Shown piece after piece: positions 62,360-64,000 of a stretch of 64,000 nt of DNA; positions within the stretch are counted from its first letter, which is position 1, and each line of letters starts with the position of its first letter. Origin of the DNA: Dudresnaya verticillata (Eukaryota); NCBI GenBank assembly GCA_977862235.1, contig OZ374557.1:2790001-2854000 (forward strand), written 5' to 3'. The translations under genes and the position numbers were made by a program. The notes under the pieces are model-generated. The model worked only from the letters and a program-made list of their open reading frames with translations, was not told the origin of the DNA and did not search any database.

Positions 62360-63051
62360 TGTGGTGAAGTGAGCCGTGGCGCGCATGCCGCACGCGACGG
62401 CGAGCCAACCGTAACGGGTGATGTGGCAATACGCCACGCTGATGATCTGGCAACGTGTAGCCGTGTCGGGTGTGTGCGCATTACTGTGCACTGGTACGCA
62501 TCGCTGTACTGTAAGCGGAGCGCGCCAACCGTAGCGGAGTATTTGTGGTATTTATTCTTTATTTTTAGTGAGTATCTGTACTGTATGTAGAGTAGCGCGC
62601 CAGCCAATGAGAATGCTGCGCATGTCCGTGTCGGAGGTTGGGACCAGCAGGGCCGATTCCACCATAGGACCAGACCACTAGGGTCTGGCCCCCACGGACC
62701 GGACCACTCGGTGCCACCCTGACTTGTATATCAGCGGCACCGCAGCGGCTCCTAAGGTAAATGGGCAAGCAACCTTTGAGCCTCAATCCCACTGTAGCTC
62801 TTTCCTTTACGGTTTTTTCCGCGCCGAGCCCTTTGCGGTCTACCACCACCACCGTTACGGAGTCCGTCCCGGCACTTGTACCAGCCCCTTGTCTGTTGCT
62901 TCCCAATATCCGTTTCGGTTATCCGCTCGCTGTTCTCCCGTCTCGGTGCGAACTGCTCTACCACCCCGTGGAGGTAGTGTCGCTCTCATCCGGTGTAGGA
63001 AAGTTAGGCCAGCTGTCCGTTACGGAGTTCGTGGGTTTTCACTACACCACA
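62360..63051 (+). mobile_element. solo LTR of family A (692 bp)
   Basis: TGTGGTGAAGTGA...TCACTACACCACA flanked by TACTC at 62355-62359 and 63052-63056. Confidence 0.95.
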
Positions 63052-63521
63052 TACTCTAATGATTCGTAACGGCCTCGATGCCAACGAACAGTCGTCTCAC
63101 GTATGATGGCGGTTACAAAGCACGCCAGCAATGCATATGGAGGTGCACTGTAGTAGAATGGCCACGGAGCCAGGTAGAACGGAAATAACCAGAACACCTG
63201 TCCTAGGGTCAACACTAGCTTTGGTAGCTCGGGGGAAAAGGGAGTTGGTAGAGACTTGGGGGAAAAGGCACAAAGCCTAGGAAAAAAGGGAAAGGGGAAG
63301 GGCGGCGCTACCCAGCTCGCGCAGAGCTTCCGTCATGCGGATACAAGGCTCGTAGAGCGCCTGAAAGGGGAAAAAGTACGGTGAGTCCGTGAATTCCAGA
63401 AAAAGGGCAAAAGACCCAAACCCACCGTAGGGTTCTATTCAGGAGGCCCCTGCTACTCAGGGGCCTATTAAGTATGGCAGAGCCGGAAATGCTCTTACCT
63501 CCTATGAGCTATTCTAAGCTA

Positions 63522-63705
63522 TTTACCTTATAGTAAGAATTTGTAGGGGTATGACCGCTCAAAGGGTAGTGTTAGCCCGGCCACGTCTCGAAAAATAAAC
63601 AAAATTCCATATCGATGCGCCAACAAATCCACTTGGCGCCACAATAGTTTCTACGCATCCGAAATTATATCTAAAATACACCGCCGCAGCGCCAATGAAA
63701 AAAAT

Positions 63706-63738
<33 letters not shown>

Positions 63739-63958
63739 AGGTCACCATTGATTGGCGGGATGTTGGTCATTACAGCCGACACCTTTGCTGTGCGCCTGAT
63801 TTCTTAATTTAGTTATTTTCTTTTGTGCGCGCGCGACCGCCGTTACACCCCGCGCCTGCCCTCGGCGTGGGGACTATCATACCACTCAGTGCCGTCCCGC
63901 GCCAAAGGCGCGGTCTAGCGGCGCGCAGCGCCGCCCCCGCCGAAGGCGGTGCGACTTG
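63522..63958 (+). repeat. CAG-containing dispersed repeat, copy 2
   Basis: Direct repeat of 61424-61930. Confidence 0.85.
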
Positions 63959-64000
63959 TTCTAGCTGTAATTATTAATCTAATAGTACTGTTGTCAGTTA

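Overview
Repeat-dense eukaryotic DNA with near-intronless genes and chromodomain Ty3/gypsy elements; it looks red-algal, which is inference only. I see no clearly intact host gene. The core is a four-level nest proven by target-site duplications (TSDs): the 5' LTR of a gypsy family-B element (9477-9691 + 43523-43986) is split by a reverse solo LTR-B (TSD TCAGC); that is split by a full-length chromoviral gypsy family-C element (9821-42960, TSD CCTCG); and the antisense accessory ORF of that element is split by a 23.6-kb DNA transposon (12309-35905, ~550-bp terminal inverted repeats, 4-bp TSD ACTC). The giant transposon encodes a Sola1-like DDD transposase and a ParB/Srx + DPPY amino-DNA-methyltransferase, and the two proteins share a ~90-aa domain. 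It also carries decayed captured genes: a Toll/interleukin-1-receptor domain, a two-pore channel, a class-3 lipase, eIF3m and IPP isomerase. Outside the nest are a gypsy family-A gag-pol, a Helitron-like fragment, a decayed UPF1/Sen1-type SF1 helicase with two unknown genes sharing an upstream motif, a ~460-bp inverted repeat pair 53 kb apart, a second partial family-C element and a solo LTR-A (TSD TACTC). All family assignments are from motifs read by eye; no database search was run.
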